Below are positions 62,571 to 64,000 of a DNA stretch of 64,000 nucleotides, piece by piece; position 1 is the first letter of the stretch, and every line of letters begins with the position of its first letter. The notes beneath the pieces are model-generated. The model did not search any database. It saw only the letters and a program-made list of their open reading frames with translations, and was not told the origin of the DNA. The stretch is from Macrostomum hystrix (lineage: Eukaryota; Animalia; Platyhelminthes). A program made the translations under genes and the position numbers. Location of the stretch: contig CATNEN010000037.1 of NCBI GenBank assembly GCA_950097015.1, forward strand, positions 992,001-1,056,000, in the 5' to 3' direction.

Positions 62571-64000
62571 CGTGGTGGAATATGGGAATTTTTTTACTTC
62601 GTATTAGGTTAATTAGATAAATTGGAAGTAACTAAAAGCCACTAAAGGGGGTCCTTATTGCCAGTAATAATTTTATAGGCAGCTAAATTTTCTGTATCAA
62701 AACATTCGGTCAATAGACCCTTACACTTACGATGTTATGGCTTCACTATTTCGCATCTTAAGTTGTTGGGATATGTCGATAAGTTTAAATTTCGGTTTTT
62801 ATACTGATTTGTGTCCAATTCCGTCTAGTATAATCGTAGGTCCTTCCCTAAAAGTTAAATATCCAGATTTGTCTGACCACAATAAATGTCAGAGAATATA
62901 CTAGACTTTAGCAGCAGTGTTAATTAAACTACGCGGGTCCCATGGTATCCGCATTCCAATCGATGCCATTAATTTAGCTGGTTAGAATCTTCATCCAAGC
63001 AACTTGATTTGCTAATCAATTATTGATCTTTGAACATTTCGTACTCTTACTTTTACGACGAGAATGACTATGACTAATTTGTGAGCAAGTTCATTGGCTG
63101 CTGGTCTGTCAGATAATTTGGCCAGGAGAGTCAGTGAAGTGAAGCTGTAATATCTTCACATGTGCACACAGTATCGCATCCTTACTTTAAACAGTTTTCA
63201 TAGTCGGATCATTGCAAACCACAGAACTAAACAGATAGACAGAAAGGTCCGACTAAAATTCATATAAAAGTTATAAAACTGATCAACTCTACTTGAAATT
63301 ATTAATCAGATCGTTTGGTCGGGTCTCCGCCCAGTGGTTCCGCTGCTGGCGCTGCTTCCTATACTCAACCTAAATCCCAATCATGCTCCCCAAACCCGCT
63401 TCCAAGCAAACAGATCCCCTTCAGGCAACACGATATCCCCGGAGCAATTATCTTTGACAGTCCGCGGCTGAAATATTCTTCGACAAAAAATGGTCTCCCA
63501 GCACAACTGCGGACTGCCTAGCGACAGCTATGCTCAGGCACGACCCGCCTACGACGACTGTCGCTGTGGCGCACAGAATACGAGCTCGGGACTGACTCAC
63601 TGACTCAGTGTAGCTGTGGCTAGACCAGCTCAGGGCAATTGAACATTATCCTAGGACTTACGGGCCTGCCGCAACTAGCCAAGAATCGAGACTTGAGTGC
63701 TCAAAACCTGCTCTACTTCTAGGCCTGAGCACAGCACAGCATATATATCTAATTATGAGGATGAATCTATGGGGGGGCTTTCGGATAGCAGAATTTGAGA
63801 AGGATAGTAGGATCTGCGAGCCAATTCTGAAAACTGTGTGACTGCGACAGAAGTGCAACACGTTCACTCCTTCTCCTTCGTAAATAATAGGGAGATAGAA
63901 GGAGCAGGGTGGAAGATTCATTTGAACATGTGGCGCTGATTTACTTCGCTTCCCGTAGATTTCACTTCCAATAGATTTCCCTTTACATATATTTCACTTC

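Noticed and set aside
63315-63620. GC-richer stretch as candidate DEG/ENaC exon 2
   Set aside because: Phase-2 acceptors tested give short frames ending in stops with no DEG/ENaC motif.

Overview
Eukaryotic (animal) genomic DNA, not prokaryotic: GC-rich spliced exons in AT-rich DNA, with a different 19-60 bp minisatellite filling most long introns and gene flanks. This architecture suggests a macrostomid flatworm such as Macrostomum lignano (inference, not verified). Six protein-coding genes were reconstructed by hand with GT-AG junctions and matching phases: a CYP2-clan cytochrome P450 (-, 3 exons), an intron-containing BED-finger/hAT-transposase-derived gene whose catalytic Glu is replaced by Gln (-), AP-1 gamma adaptin AP1G1 (+, 8 recovered exons), a 5-finger C2H2 protein (+, 2 exons), an M13 neprilysin/ECE-like peptidase (-, 10 exons, 842 aa) and the first exon of a DEG/ENaC channel (+). 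TE remnants: a Gypsy 5' LTR+PBS+gag fragment nested in a CGATAA-rich TIR element, a disrupted MULE transposase and an 88-bp TIR element. Most long ORFs in the track are artefacts of tandem repeats. Best leads: two related 30-bp arrays in opposite orientation bracket an in-frame 759-nt three-exon cassette of the M13 gene (circRNA/exon-skipping geometry); a probably domesticated, catalytically dead hAT gene; a duplicated ~230-bp non-coding element; and a TCF/LEF + Helper-site cluster before the zinc-finger gene.
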